Shown piece by piece: positions 1 through 12,760 of a DNA stretch of 64,000 bases. The number at the start of each line of letters is the position of its first letter. Positions within the stretch are counted from its first letter, which is position 1. Location of the stretch: positions 93,684,001-93,748,000 of the forward strand of contig NC_086108.1 in the NCBI RefSeq assembly GCF_963921235.1. Reading direction: 5' to 3'. This stretch comes from Mobula hypostoma. Its lineage: Eukaryota. Below the pieces are notes generated by a model, which saw nothing but the letters and a program-made list of their open reading frames with translations, ran no database searches and had not been told where the DNA came from. The position numbers were made by a program, and so were the translations under genes.

Positions 1-385
1 AGAAATACATAGAGTCAATGAAAAACTACACAGAAAGACTCAAACAACCGATGTGCAAAAGAAAGCAAACTCCAAAGAAAATAAGTAGATAATAAATAAA
101 CAAACAAATAAATAAATAGGTAGATAATATTAAGAAAATGAGTTATAGAGTCCTTGAAAGTAGGTCCACAGGTTGTAGAATCAGTTCAGTGATGAGGTGA
201 GTGAAGTTCTCCTCCCGGCTTAGGAGTGTGATGGTTGAAGGATATTAGCTCTTCCTGAGCTTGCTGATATAGGAGCAAAGGCTCCTGTACTTCCTTCCTG
301 GTGGCAGCAGCGAGACTAGAACATGGCCTGTGTGGTGGGGGTCCTTAACAATGGATGCTACCTTCCTGTGGCAGTGCTCCTTGTA
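1..385 (-). mobile_element. Rex1/Babar-like LINE 3' remnant
   Basis: Minus-strand peptide KVASIVKDPHHTGHVLVSLLPPGRKYRSL followed by a 3' UTR shared with other copies in the window. Confidence 0.65.
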
Positions 386-1399
386 GAGCTCCCGGGGTGA
401 TAAGCAGTGGTGCCGGGTGCTGCTATCACTGTGAGGTCGCTGCGGTTGAGCAAACACACAAGCTGCTTTCATTTAAATAAGCTCAAAGTCTCGCATTACA
501 TCTACAGCACCAGAGCCACACTACTGTCCCTCATCACTGTCCAACCACAAGACACAGGAGCAGAATTAAGCCAAATGGCCCATTGATCATGGCTGATTTA
601 TTTTCTCCTTCAACACGATTCCTTGTATCTACTAATCCAGAACCTATCAACCTCTGCTTTAAGTATATCGAGTGCAACAGTAAGATGGCCGTTATGCCTA
701 CATTCAGGAATACTCTCTGTGTCTGAGCAGCCCGTCTGCATGGTGTCCATAATAAGACAGTTCTGATCAACTGATAATATTTTTGACTGTACTCTGTGCA
801 ACTGCAGTCAAGTTGTTATTGAGGTGACTTCACATTATCCAGTGAGAACCATTCAATCACAGATAAACGGTTCCAGGAACTCTCCTCCCACATGAGCCTC
901 TCCCACTCACCCCTTCTGAGCCACGTGCAGCAGCAGAACTGGTAACCTGTTCAGAAAAGGGACTATAAAGCAGTATTTAAAATATCTGGAGGCACAAGAG
1001 ACTGCAGATGCTAGAATCAGATGATGGGTCTCAACCCTAAATGTCAACTGCTTGTTTCTTTCCATGGATGCTACCTGACTTTGCTGAGCTCCCCCAGCAG
1101 TCTGTGTGTTACTTAAAGTATAAACCTACTGTTTTTTCTTTTTCTTCTCCTTCACTCCTGCTATCGTCACCTTTCCTACCTTGCACCCAACTCCATCACC
1201 TCACCACCCTCACGACCTTTATCCTCACCCTCATCTTTACCATCTTTATCTTCACCATCTCAAAATTCACCTCCAGCACTTTATCCTCCATCACCTTCAC
1301 CACCTCCAATCAGAGGATGACTTGATTTCACTCCGAATGTTAGTTCTGAAGTGACCGATGAGACCACTCGGGGAGCCGCAGATCCTTCCATAGTTGGGG

Positions 1400-4300
1400 C
1401 AGGAGGTGCCTGGTGGCAGCTGGTGAATTTCTTCCACTGTTTACAGAAAGTTCTTGGTGCCATCTTGAATATTCCTTCTCCACATTGAGTGATCATGGGC
1501 CAGGGATTGTCAGGAGTCAGTGGGCATGGTGCATTTTCATCACAGAGGCTTCAAGTACATTCCTGAACCTTTTCCTGTAGCAATCTCTTCGCATTACAGA
1601 GCTCAGAGTAGAATGTCTGGTGTGATCTTCTGAATGATGTGGCCCAGCAGTGCTGACAATCTGTAACCAGGGGCTCAGTGCTTGGGGTTTGGCCAAGGAG
1701 AGGACACAGGCATTAAATTGTTTATTTTCCCAGTGAATTTGACTGAATTTGGAGGATCTGGTGATATCTTGAGGCACCTGCTACAGGTGTCCCAGAAACA
1801 TTCAGGACGGCAGGGATCACTATGGGTTTTGTGCCAAGTCTAGATCTTCAAACACTCTTCTGCACAATTGATCAAAGGCTAAAGGGATGAATTTCATCAC
1901 TGATGTCTGTTTTGCCTGTGCACAACGACATATATATTAAATAAAAGCACGCATGCAGTAGACGGCTTTAACTGGTGTTTTCACATTGCAGTGAGAGAGA
2001 GAGAGAGAGAACAATGCGCATGTGCTGACAACAGATCAGTATGTAGTGCCAAGTTGGAGGGTCATTACTCTAAAAGAAATAGATCCATACATTATACTTC
2101 CTCCCCTTTAGATTAATGAAACATGAACTGTATATGCACAAAACCTTCAACTTCTCTTTCATAACCCATACTCCAAATAAAGATGCTTTCACAATAACAG
2201 TCCATAACTAACTTCACAGTGCTAAAGGTTCAGTCTTTTTGGTGGTGCTCTGTATCTTTCAGGATAGCACCTCTAGACCTGTGGAGTGACATCAGGTTTG
2301 TTAGGTGTTTTTGTATAAGACAAAGTTCTTGGTTTCCAGTGTCACGTTGATGTCAGTGACATCATCACTGAGAGGTAGGTCTGGTGACTGTAACGTGCCC
2401 ATCTTGTTGGATGCAATTGACTTAGGTGTGTTCTCCAGTTGAGCATCCAGTATCTGGTCCACATGACGTATCCATGTCTGATCTCCGACATCCACTGTGT
2501 ACATCAGTGGTCCAGTTCTTTTAGCCATCCTACCAGGTGTCCACTTGTCTTCTCAGTAATCACATTCTAGGACTTCCTGTCCAATCTCGAATCTCCTTGC
2601 TGCTTCACTTGGCAACTGGCTGAACTGCTTATTCTGCACTTCCCCCCACAGATTTGGTTTCGGAAGGTCTATGTGAGATCTTCGATTCCTGTTCATGATT
2701 AGCATTGCAGGTGTTTGATTTGTTGTTGCATGATCAGAGTTCTGATACACAAAAAGGAAGTTGTCCGCCTTGCGCTGTAGAGAAATGTCCTCCTTGTCCA
2801 TTGCTTTAATTGACTTCTTGAAGGTTTGGATAAACCTTTCAGCTAACCCATTCATTGCTGGGTGGTGAGGAGCTGACTTAAAATGTCTGATGCCATTTTT
2901 CTTCATGAACTGTCGGAATTCTTCTAACGTGTATTGTGGTCCGTAGTCACTCACCATTTGTTCTGGTAAGCCGTTTCTGGCAAAGGAGGTCCTCAGAGCA
3001 GAGACAGTCTTTGCTAAGGTGGTTGACTTCATTGGTATAACCTCCGGCCACTTTGAATGAGCACCCACAGCACTCAGAAACATGACCCAGCAAAGCAATA
3101 TTTACTCTTTGCCATGATGGCAATGGCCACTCCCATGGTGTAACAGTGCCTGTGGGGGTGCATTTTGAGCTTTCTGGCATCCCGAACAGCTTTTGGCCAG
3201 GTTTTCAATCTGTTAATCTATTCCCTTCTCAAACACCTTCTGATTAGCATTAAGCAGCTGTGATAGCCTTTGGTTAGTGCTACCATTTGGGCTGCCACAC
3301 TGACAGCTTTGAATGAGTGCCAGTCTAGTTGGAATTTTCTCACCCATTAACATCTGAAAAGTGCTGGCCCTCCACTTTTCAATGCCTAAAGCTCTAACTG
3401 TTGTGTTTGGCCTCCATACATCACATTTACTTTCAGTTTGCCTTTGGGAGACACTTGTTCACCTGTGTAAGTCTCCAACATCACTGAGGTCTTCTCTAAT
3501 GGTACCTTAGATAGTAAACTGTTGCTTCTGGAATTATAGACAAAGCTGATCCTGTAACCAGCTCCATTTTCAGTTTTACATCAGACACATCTATTGTGAT
3601 CCATGTTATATTGTGATCTGCTTCAGTAATACTATGCAGTTCTAGGCATGACAGTTCACCTTTCTCAGAGTCTGTGTTGTCTGATTCTGTTTCACATTCA
3701 GTCACATTATACATTTGCTCAGTTTTGTGTTTGAAACTTTTCACTTGGTGTGCTTCTTCTCTTGCCTGTCTTGCACACTCTCTCTATGTGACCTGCTCTG
3801 TGACACTTTCTGTAGACTTTTTCTTTGAATCAACAATCATTTGTACCATGGAAGGATTTGCCACATCGATAATATCTTTGGCTTTTTGCACCATTCAGGA
3901 ATATTTTGTGCATTTCACATTCTAACCTCCTTTTCTCTAGCTTTGCTGCACCCTTTGTTGCAGTCTCTAATTATATTGCAATGGTCAATGCCTGTTCTGA
4001 GGTTAAGTATTTTTTGGACAGGAGCCTCTTTTGAGTGCTTTGACTATGCATACCAAGTATAAATCTGTCCCTTGATGCATCAGGAAGTCCATCTCTAAAG
4101 TAACAGTACTGGGAAAGTTTGCGCAGTTCTGCAATGTATTCAGAAAGGCTTTCATCTTTCATCTATTACCAGCAGTTTAGGGCTTAAGTGATTTTGTAAA
4201 ACTGTAACAATTTCATCAAAACATCTTGTTTGCTGGCTTTTCAATGGTTACTAGTTTGCGTAAGAGTCTGTACGTCCTTGAGCCCATTATGCTAAGACGT

Positions 4301-4900
4301 TTAGGGGCTTTCTTTTGCTCCTCCACATTGTTCGCTTTACAATACCGTTCAACCCTCTTGATATATGACTCCCACCTTCATTAGTGCTATCAAATTCATC
4401 AACTTTCCCAAATGAAGCCATCACCACGTTATTTCCACTTTAAATTCAGCACGTCTTTCACTGTTACTCACGGATCCTCCAGCGTTCTCGTGCTCTTTAA
4501 CTCTCGCTGTTTAGTCTCGTAACTGTTGGCGCAGTTCATGATATCTTCTGACATTCAGGTTCGTACTTGTTGCCAATTTGTTGTGTCTGTGCACAACTAC
4601 ATATCAGTTAAATAAAAGCGTGCATGCAGAAGATGGGTTTAACTGGTGTATTCACATTGCAGAGAGAGAGAGAGAGAAAGCAATGCGCATGTGTAGACAA
4701 CAGGTCAATATGTAGTGCTAAAGGGGGTGCAGTCATTGCTCTAAAAGAAATAGATCCTGTCCATCTTCACTACGAGGTGACGCTTAAGATATGAGAAGAG
4801 GCCCATATTTTCCAATACCTTCCCATGACCCTGTGTCAGGGTATGGCATTGTACAGCAGTGGCATTTTATTAGAGGGCTTTTGTCATATTGAGTGACCCA
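1400..4900 (-). mobile_element. Old RTE-clade LINE remnant, split by the Gypsy element (segments ~1400-1907 and ~4758-4900)
   Basis: Minus-strand reading VLENMGLFSYL..VKMD/ISDEI..RRVFEDLDL..QIHWENKQFN..RKRFRNVLEAS rejoins across the LTR element. Confidence 0.65.
1908..4757 (-). mobile_element. Gypsy/Ty3 LTR retrotransposon, degenerate, with RT/RNaseH deleted
   Basis: LTRs at 1908-2091 and 4579-4757; polypurine tract (rc of ttatacttcctcccc) beside the left LTR; PBS-like TGGCAACAAG beside the right LTR. Gag (ESLSEYIAELRKLSQYC), protease (LKMELVTGSALSII) and integrase (SDYGPQYT..NGLAERFIQTFK) remnants; TSD TGTC. Confidence 0.92.
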
Positions 4901-6424
4901 TCCTCTCATAATCTTCTTCAAAAGTAAATCATAAACACAAGGGATTCTGCAACACACACAAAATGCTGGAGGAACTCAGCAAGTCAATCAGCGTTTCGGA
5001 ATGTGACCCTTCATCAGGACTGGAAAGAAGATGGGGGAGGAAGGAAAGAGTCAATATAGCGTTAAATATTTCACAGCAGTTACAATATATAATGGTAGGC
5101 TTTACTAGACCTTGGTAGGAAAGTCTTAGAGAGATGTGGATCAAATGCAGGCAAATAGGACTACCTTAGATGGCCTTTTGTTTGGTTTGGTCAAGTTGCT
5201 GAAGGGACTGCTTCTGTGCTGAATTACTGTCTGACTTTGACTCTAGATATAATGTTGGATACCAGAATGTTAGTGCATAAATAAAGCTGGGTGGTACAAT
5301 ATAAATAATGACACACTAATAGAAATCCACTATTATGTGTCAACTATATATCACTTTGGACTCCACACTACATATGTTAAATTCTGCTGCAGTAGAAAGC
5401 AGAATTTCTTGAGCGTTCAAATACACCTGAAGTATTCATAGACCATTGTAAGACAAAATTTGACCCCGAGTCCCTTGAGTAAGTGTTACGACAGATGTTA
5501 GCCAAAGGAGTTGATTTTCATTAGAATCATAAAGAGAAGGAGAGAGGTTGGAGTGGAGGGTTTGGTGGAATTCCGGAGCTTAATGTCTGGGCAGCTGAAG
5601 GCAGAGCCGCCTGGGGTGGGGTGATGAATGTCAGGAATGCTGAATGGAGCTCTATAATTCACACTGCTGATATGGAGCTCTGCACACCCAGCACACGCTG
5701 GGGGCAGCTGAACAGTGTGCTTAGCACTGCTGAAAGGACTTTCTCCCTGTTAACGGGAGCAAACCCTGCAGGACCTGAATTCCTGTCTCTGCCATTGGCA
5801 TTGTGACTTGGACAAATCCATACCAATAATTTGGAAAGGAAAAGGAATTTTAAGGTCTTTTTAACTGAGATTATTCCAAACAATGCGCATTTTCGTAAAC
5901 GCAAGAGATTCTGCGCATGCTGAAAATCCAGAGCAACACACAAAAGATGCTGGAAATGGTCTCTCTTTCAAAAAAAAATGTTCTCTCTTCCACCCATCTT
6001 GAATATTTATCAAGAGCGCTACGTACACAGGGTTGCTAGCATTGTCAAGGATCCCTCCCACCTGTCCCACAATCTCTTTGACCCCTATCATTAGGCAGGA
6101 GGTATAAGGACAAGGATTGTTAGGATGGGAAACAGTGTCTTCCCCCAGGCCATGAGACTACTGAACTCCCTGACACCGCCCAGGTCTCATCAGTTATGAA
6201 GTGCCAGTAGCATTATACTGTTTACTTTTTAACTTGTGTCGTGAGTGCACCTTATGCTAAATCCCAGTCTTCTGGAATATATTTTAATATTTGTTAATTC
6301 ATTTGTAGTATTACTTTACCTGTTATGTGTGAACTATATATCCTGTGCTGTGCATCTTGTCTGGAGGAATGCTGTTTCGTTTGATGATATACATGAATAC
6401 GGTTGACTGAAAATAAACTTGAAA

Positions 6425-7065
6425 TTGAACTTGGAGGGCACAATGTCAGTCAGGGGAATAAACAGTCAACATTTCAGAATGAGACTCCATCAAAACTGAA
6501 AAGGAAAGGGGAAGATGCCAGAATAAGAAGGTGGGAGGAGGAGCTGGAGCACAAGTCGGGAGGTAATAGGTGAGACCAGGAGAGGAGAAAGGTGAGTGGG
6601 TGGGGGCAGGGGGAGGGGTTGAAGTATGAAGCTGGGAGGTGATAGGTGGAAGAGACAACAGGCTGAAGAAGGATGAATCCAATAGGAGAGGACAGTAGAC
6701 CATGGGAGAAAACAAAGGAGGACGGGAACCAGAAGAGGGTGATGGGCAGGTGATGCGAAAAGAAGGAGTAATAGGATAACCGGAATTGGGAATGGAAGAG
6801 AGGAGGAAGGGTGTGAAATTAGGGAAGTTAGAGAAATAAATGTTCATGCTATCAGTTGGAGGGTGGAGTTATCAATCTCAGGAATGCTGAATAGAGTGGA
6901 ATATGAGGGTATGACTCATCCAACCTGAATTTGGCCTCATCATGGCAGTAGAGGAGGCTATGGGCAGACATGTCAAATGGGATTGTGGGTAGTCGAATTA
7001 AAACGGGTGGCCGCTGGGAGATCCTGACTTTTGTGATGGACGGAATGAAGGTGCTTGACTACAGT
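6425..7065 (-). mobile_element. Penelope-like element 3' fragment (GIY-YIG C-terminus plus terminal repeat)
   Basis: Minus strand ends in ..MNIYFSNF, then a pyrimidine-rich UTR and a degenerate hammerhead motif near 6465-6500. Confidence 0.7.
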
Positions 7066-8689
7066 GCACTTTCTTGTTCTTTATTAAACCCGTCTCACTA
7101 AAGAAACCTCTCCAAGAGTATTTCCACCATATTAATCCCTGAGAGAGCATCTTCTCAAACTCTGCTGCATGTCTGTTCTGAGCACAGTTTTCACAATGCC
7201 AGTTTCTGTATTGGGGGAGAATACAGAGACAAGTGCAGTTAATGAAATGTTGAGTCATTTAATCGAAAAATTCTCAAATAAATCTCAAAAGACTGGACTG
7301 AGGTTTCACTCCTGTGACCTTTGTCACCCTCAACTGTAAGCTCTGAAACCTTTTGTTTTTATTACTTTGCTGTTGTTCCGTTGACGGTAAATGTAGGGAA
7401 ACTCCAGCAAAAGTTTCCAGTTTCACTGTGAGTTATTCACTGCCCTCTCTGAAAGATCAGGCATTTTCAGCAAGGAGCAGGCTCGCCCTTTCACAGAGCT
7501 GATTTCTGGTGTTAATAGTACCCCCTGACAAATGAATCAAACTGAATTCTCAAAATAAATGTTTGGAGAGTGACTCTCACCAGGTGGAACGTGAAGATGT
7601 GCGGGTTAATGCTGGCGCTGTAAGAAGAAGAGGAAACGAAGTGGCTTATTGCTGTGGGTCGTCAAAAGCAAACCCGTGGGAGTCCCCTTGGTTCAATCTG
7701 TGCCGTAATGTGCTGTCTTGATTGTGGGTTTCCTTGGTGGAGGGGGCTGATAGGAGAGTTATCATGTACAGGGGATGAGAGAAGAGGAGGAAGTTAGTAG
7801 GAGAGAAGAGCTTAAAAGGAAATACTCTACTTTGAAATGACTCAAAGTAATTTATACCGGAGATTAAAAATTACAAGGCTCTGACTATTAGCATGCAGAC
7901 ATGCAGGTTAATTTTATGCTGTTCTTAATAATACCAATTTAACAGAGGCATTAGCCATTTATATTAATTCATTTAAAGTCCCTTCTGAATAGAGTGGACA
8001 AAGAATTCAACACAGACGTGACAGGCATCCATGTGGTAATATTGTGAAATATGTTCTCTTCCTGAGCTGAGATGTTTGTGCTATTATGTCACATTTTCAG
8101 AAGGCCTCTTCCCTGCAGTTCGCTGTAAATTAGTTCTGTGTCCTTGCTGTTTTTTTTTATATGCCACTCTTGGCCAGGGCAGCCTCTCAGCTGGAACATA
8201 GATTCTTCAGCTGTGTTTGGTAACTTCATGCATGAGGACATCTGGACTCTCATCACAGTCAAAGAACCACAAGGCAGAATATGTCGATAACTCATCTTCC
8301 ACATCTTCCAACCACCCTCTTTTCTGGCAATTGTCCACAGTTTTATTGTACATAGTTGCACCTATACTAATAAACAGAATAATTAAATATTTTATGTGAA
8401 ACTTGATGGATAAGGAATTTATGACTAACCAAAGCTTTTAAATTCTTGAAACATTCCCAATTGTTCCAGTAAATAGTTCACCGGGTTTTCTTGTGCCTCG
8501 GTGGTAACTCTCTCAGCGCTGAGTGTGAAGACTGAGAACGTACTGAGCTCCAGAGAGCATGTTGTGGTCTAGCACTGCACCAGTGGGAATACCTCCTTAC
8601 ACTGAGGGCTGATCAGTTCTCTAGGGTAGCAGTAAAAATCCCACAACACTGTGAAACAGAACTCAAAGTCAAACCTTTCAGGAGTGTCA

Positions 8690-9255
8690 GACCCCACTTG
8701 GAGTACTGTGTTCAGTTCTGGTCACCTCACTATAGGAAGGATGTGGATACTATAGCGAGAGTGCAGAGGAGATTTACAGGGATGTTGCCTAGACAGGAGA
8801 GTGTGCCTTATGAGAACAGGTTGAGTGAACTCGGCCTTTTCTCCTTGGAGCGACGGAGGATGAGAGTTGACCTGATAGAGTTGTGTAAGATGATGAGGGG
8901 CAATGATCAGGTGGATAGCCAAAGCCTTTTTTTTCCCAGGGATGAAATGGCTAACAAGAGGGAGCATAGTTTTAAGGTGTTTGGAGGTAGGTACAAGGGG
9001 GATGTCAGGGGTAAGTTTTTCACACAGAGAGTGGTGAGTGCGTGGAATGCATTGCCAGCAACGGTGGTGGAAGCGGATACAATAGGGTCTTTTAAGAGAC
9101 TCTTAGATAGGTACATGGGGCTTAGAAAAATAGAGGGCTATGCAGTAGGGTAATTCTAGGCAGTTTCTAGAGTAGGTTGCATGATCGGCACAACATTGTG
9201 GGCCGAAGGGCCTGTAATGCATTGTAGATTTATATGTTCTAAATTCTATGTCCTA
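8690..9255 (+). mobile_element. CR1 LINE 3' fragment
   Basis: EYCVQFWSPHYRKD..QRRFT..FFTQRVVSAWNALP; ends in a ttctatg-type tail. Confidence 0.9.
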
Positions 9256-9429
9256 TGACTCTTCCTTCATTTTGTGCACAAGGACGTAACTGGATTAATA
9301 TTTACTCTGCAAGAGCAATGGAATTTAAACAACTTAATGTCAAAGACAGTCAAACACAGACACAGGCCAAGTTTGATCTAAGTCTTTATCTGTAAAGTCT
9401 TGCTAGTGGTTTGGGTATTTTATTTTTAT

Positions 9430-9678
9430 TTAGAGACGCAGCACAGTAAAAGGCCCTTCCGGCCTAACAAGGCTGTGCCGCCCAATTATACCCATGTGAC
9501 CAATTAGCCTACTGACCCGTACATCTTTGGAATGTGGGAGGAAACCGGAACACCCAGAGGAAACCCCATACTCACAGGGAGAATGTACAAACTCCTTACA
9601 GTCAGTGTTAGGAACTGAACCTGGATTTCTGGCGATGTAAAGTGTTACACTAACTGCTATGCTACAGCGCTGCCCCAT
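9430..9678 (-). mobile_element. tRNA-derived V-SINE (HE1-like). Other copies at ~30205-30525(+), 37740-37965(-), 39260-39525(+), 55235-55510(-), 56180-56400(-), 58650-58900(+)
   Basis: B-box-like GGTTCA..CC and V-domain-like GGGTTTCCTC(T/C)GGGTG(T/C)TCCGGTTTCCTCCCACA. Confidence 0.75.
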
Positions 9679-10156
9679 TCAGAAGAAAGCTTGTGAGCTA
9701 ACAAGTAAAACAAATGTGGATGTGTGGATGGGGGATTTGGGGGCGGGGGGGTGAAGCAAAAATAAGAGAGGGGGGGAAGAGGGATTCAACGAGCAATAGC
9801 CATCCATCGATCTACATCATGAAAGCAAATTATCTTGGTATTGCACTGTTTTTTGCCGTTTGCCATGGGGAAGACTGGAGGGCACATTTCCACCATCACA
9901 ACATGGACTGAACCAGCTGTAGCATGCTCAAGGATGTTCTGAAATGTTCATGCAAGATGCAATACCGGAACAGATTCGATGGGTTGAGTGGCCTAATCAT
10001 GCTCCTGTGCCTTATGTCTTATGGTTTAATAAAAAGCTTTTATCTTTATTTTGTGTATATTTCATTATGTTTCCACCAGTCCAAAACCATGCTCAGAGAA
10101 ACCCCAAAATGATTAAATTTCTTGTAATCGCGTTGACTGGTGAACTATTGAGAGTG

Positions 10157-10715
10157 TAAACACAAGGGATTTTACAGGTGCTGGAAATCCAGAGCAACAC
10201 ACACAAAATGATGGAGGAAGTCAGCAAGTCAGGCAGCATCAATGGAAATGGATAAACAGATGACGCTTCGGGCCGTGATCCTTCACGAGGACCAAAAAAG
10301 AAGAGGGGAGAAGCCAGCTGGGGGAGGGGAAGGAGGTCTCACCTATCTCCTACACAAACACAAGAGTTTGTGCAGATGCAGGAAATCCAGAGTAGCACAC
10401 ACAGAAAAGCTGGAGGAGCTCGGTAGGTCAGGCAGCATCAATGGAGAGGAGTAGAGATAACGTTTCAGCCAAGATCCTCATCAGTCATCTCCGAAGATGC
10501 TGCCCACCTTGCCAGATTCCTCCTGCTTTTCGTGTGCGTTACTCACCTATCAGCTGCCAGCTTGTACTCCTTCTCTCCCCCCGCCCTGCCTTCATATCCT
10601 GGCTTCTTCCCCCTTCCTTTCCAGTCTCGCTGAAGGGTCTCGGCCCAAAATGTCGGCTGGTGGTTCCCCTCCATGGATGCTGTCTGACCTGCTGAGTGCA
10701 TCCAGCGTTTTCTGT
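10157..10715. mobile_element. Cluster of Penelope-like terminal repeats (two minus-strand copies and plus-strand pieces)
   Basis: Repeated acacacaaaatg(c/a)tggagga..cagca module in both orientations with degenerate hammerhead motifs. Confidence 0.7.
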
Positions 10716-10877
10716 GAGAAGCTATTGGGAAAATGTTTTATTCCACCTGAGGAATAGTGTGAAGGACAATGGAGCAGGCAATGCCGGCTGGTGGAAAAGC
10801 TCCCCCTGCTGGGCAGTGTTAACTTTCCCAGTAACAGCCCCAAGAAGGATAAAAGGTTCCCATGCTGTTGCCCTCAG

Positions 10878-11071
10878 GTAGAACGATCATCCTCTCCACA
10901 CACCACATGGACGAAGCTGACCTCCTCGGCGACCGAATCGCCATCGTCTCCAGGGGGAAGCTGCAGTGCTGTGGCTCCTCGTTATTCCTGAAGAACAGCT
11001 TTGGCTCTGGCTTCCACCTCACCCTGGTCCGCAGCATGAAGAAAGTGAAGCGGCGGAGGCAAGACGCAGCG
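10878..11071 (+). CDS. ABCA4: ABCA4 exon ~23 (NBD1 H-loop region), 194 nt
   Basis: ccctcag|GT...GCG|gtaagt; (G)[64 protein letters not shown]. Confidence 0.95.
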
Positions 11072-11471
11072 GTAAGTTGGTGGACCACAGGACAGGCCAC
11101 GCAGTCCGTGCAGCTCTCGGGGGTTCTCTGTTTTCTGAGGGTAGATCATACCTCATGAAGGAGCAGGCTGTTGACAATGTGCATTCATCTGTAGTGCACA
11201 TGTCAATGGAAAGGTATTTCCCTGATTCTTTTCCTGATGATTATTGGTAAAGCAGCCTCAGGAAATTACCCAAGACTGTGCAAGGGAAACATTGCCACAG
11301 AAACAATATAACTGATCTCAGGGAAGTGGATCAGAAGCGTGAAGCTAAAATTGGAACAGGTCAAGGAGTTTCTCTCACACAGATGTAAGACCATCCTGTG
11401 GAATCAATTCTGTTTGCTGCTGTGCGGTTTTGACTGACGCCTGCTGTTCTTTTACCCACCGACTACCACAG

Positions 11472-11559
11472 CCGACCTGTACCTGTGAACCGGGCTGCAG
11501 CTGTTCCTGCTCCAATTGTTTCCCCATTGACGAGACTCTCCCAGAAGAGGAACCTGATG
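11472..11559 (+). CDS. ABCA4: ABCA4 exon ~24, 88 nt, Cys-rich linker
   Basis: accacag|CCG...GATG|gtacgg; PTCTCEPGCSCSCSNCFPIDETLPEEEPD(G); phase 0 to 1 fits both neighbours. Confidence 0.85.
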
Positions 11560-11734
11560 GTACGGTTTACAATCCCCACCCCACCCCCACACCCGCCACC
11601 CACCTTAGTGTTAGATGTTCCATCCACGCGTGCGAGTGGCATCATTTCTCCCTGCCGTGTAGGAACCCCTCTGAACTAGCCGACGGATCCAGGCTGCCAA
11701 TTAATTACTAAAATGTGGTAGATTCTCAGATATT

Positions 11735-12760
11735 TCCCATCTTTAGTAAAGCATTTGACCAGGTCCTTCTTGGCAGAATGATCCAGAAGATTAAGTCACT
11801 TAGGACTGTGGAAACTTGGAAGATTAGCTTGAAAATTAGGTTGACCAAGCAAAACAGAGTAAAGTGATGGAAGAGGTGGGGTTTTGGTTGGAGATCTATG
11901 AACAGTAGTGCAAGGATCAGTGTCTGACATATATAAATGACTTGGATGAAAATGTAGGTGGGCTGACTAGCAAGTTTCTCAGACACACTGAAGTTGGTAA
12001 AATCGAGGATAGTGAGGAAGGATTCAACAGGATATAGACCATTTGGGAATGTGGACAGAGAAAAGCCAGACTGTAGAAGTGTGAGGCGTTGCACTTTGGG
12101 AAGACAAATGTATAGAGTAACCCTGGGGTGCAAGTCCATAGCACCCTGCAAATGGACAGGGCAACAAGGAAGGTACAGATCATACTCGGGGTGTTGAGTA
12201 TAAAAATTGAAAACTCATGTTGCTGCTGTATAAGACTTTGCTCCAGCCACATCTGAAATATTGTGTGTAGTTCTGGTCACATGGGAAAGTTGGGGAGGGA
12301 CAGAATGTTGTCCTGATTAGAGAGTTTTATATATGACGAGAGGGTAGACAAACCTGGCTTATTTTCTCTGGAGCGTCAGAGGCTAAGTGGAGACCTGTTA
12401 AAAGCATATTACATTATGAGAGGCATAGATAAATAGTCAGGGTCTTTTTTACAACCCCAGGTGGAAATGTCAAATACTATATTGAATAGGTTTAAGGTGA
12501 GAGCAGGAATGTTTGAAGGAGATTTAAAAGAGCAAGTACTTTACACAATGAGAGGTTGAAAGCTGGAACGCCTTTCCAGGGGAACTGGTGGAAATGGATA
12601 CAATGCCAAAGTTCATGAGGCACTTGGAAAGTCACGTGGACAGGAAGCAACTGCAGGGCTCTGGGCTACGTGCAGGCGGATGGGATTAGTTTGGTCTGAC
12701 ATCGTGATCTGCACAGGTATCATTGGCTGAAGGGCCTGTTTCTCTGCTGTGTTCTATGTT
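11735..12760 (+). mobile_element. Old CR1 LINE fragment
   Basis: Degenerate RT and 3' UTR (ataaatgacttggatgaaaatg; gaagggcctgtttctctgctgt). Confidence 0.75.

Noticed and set aside
1..10877. Expected ABCA4 exon 22 (signature and Walker B, ..LDEPTSGVDP..)
   Set aside because: No such coding segment was found by eye; it is presumably upstream of the window.
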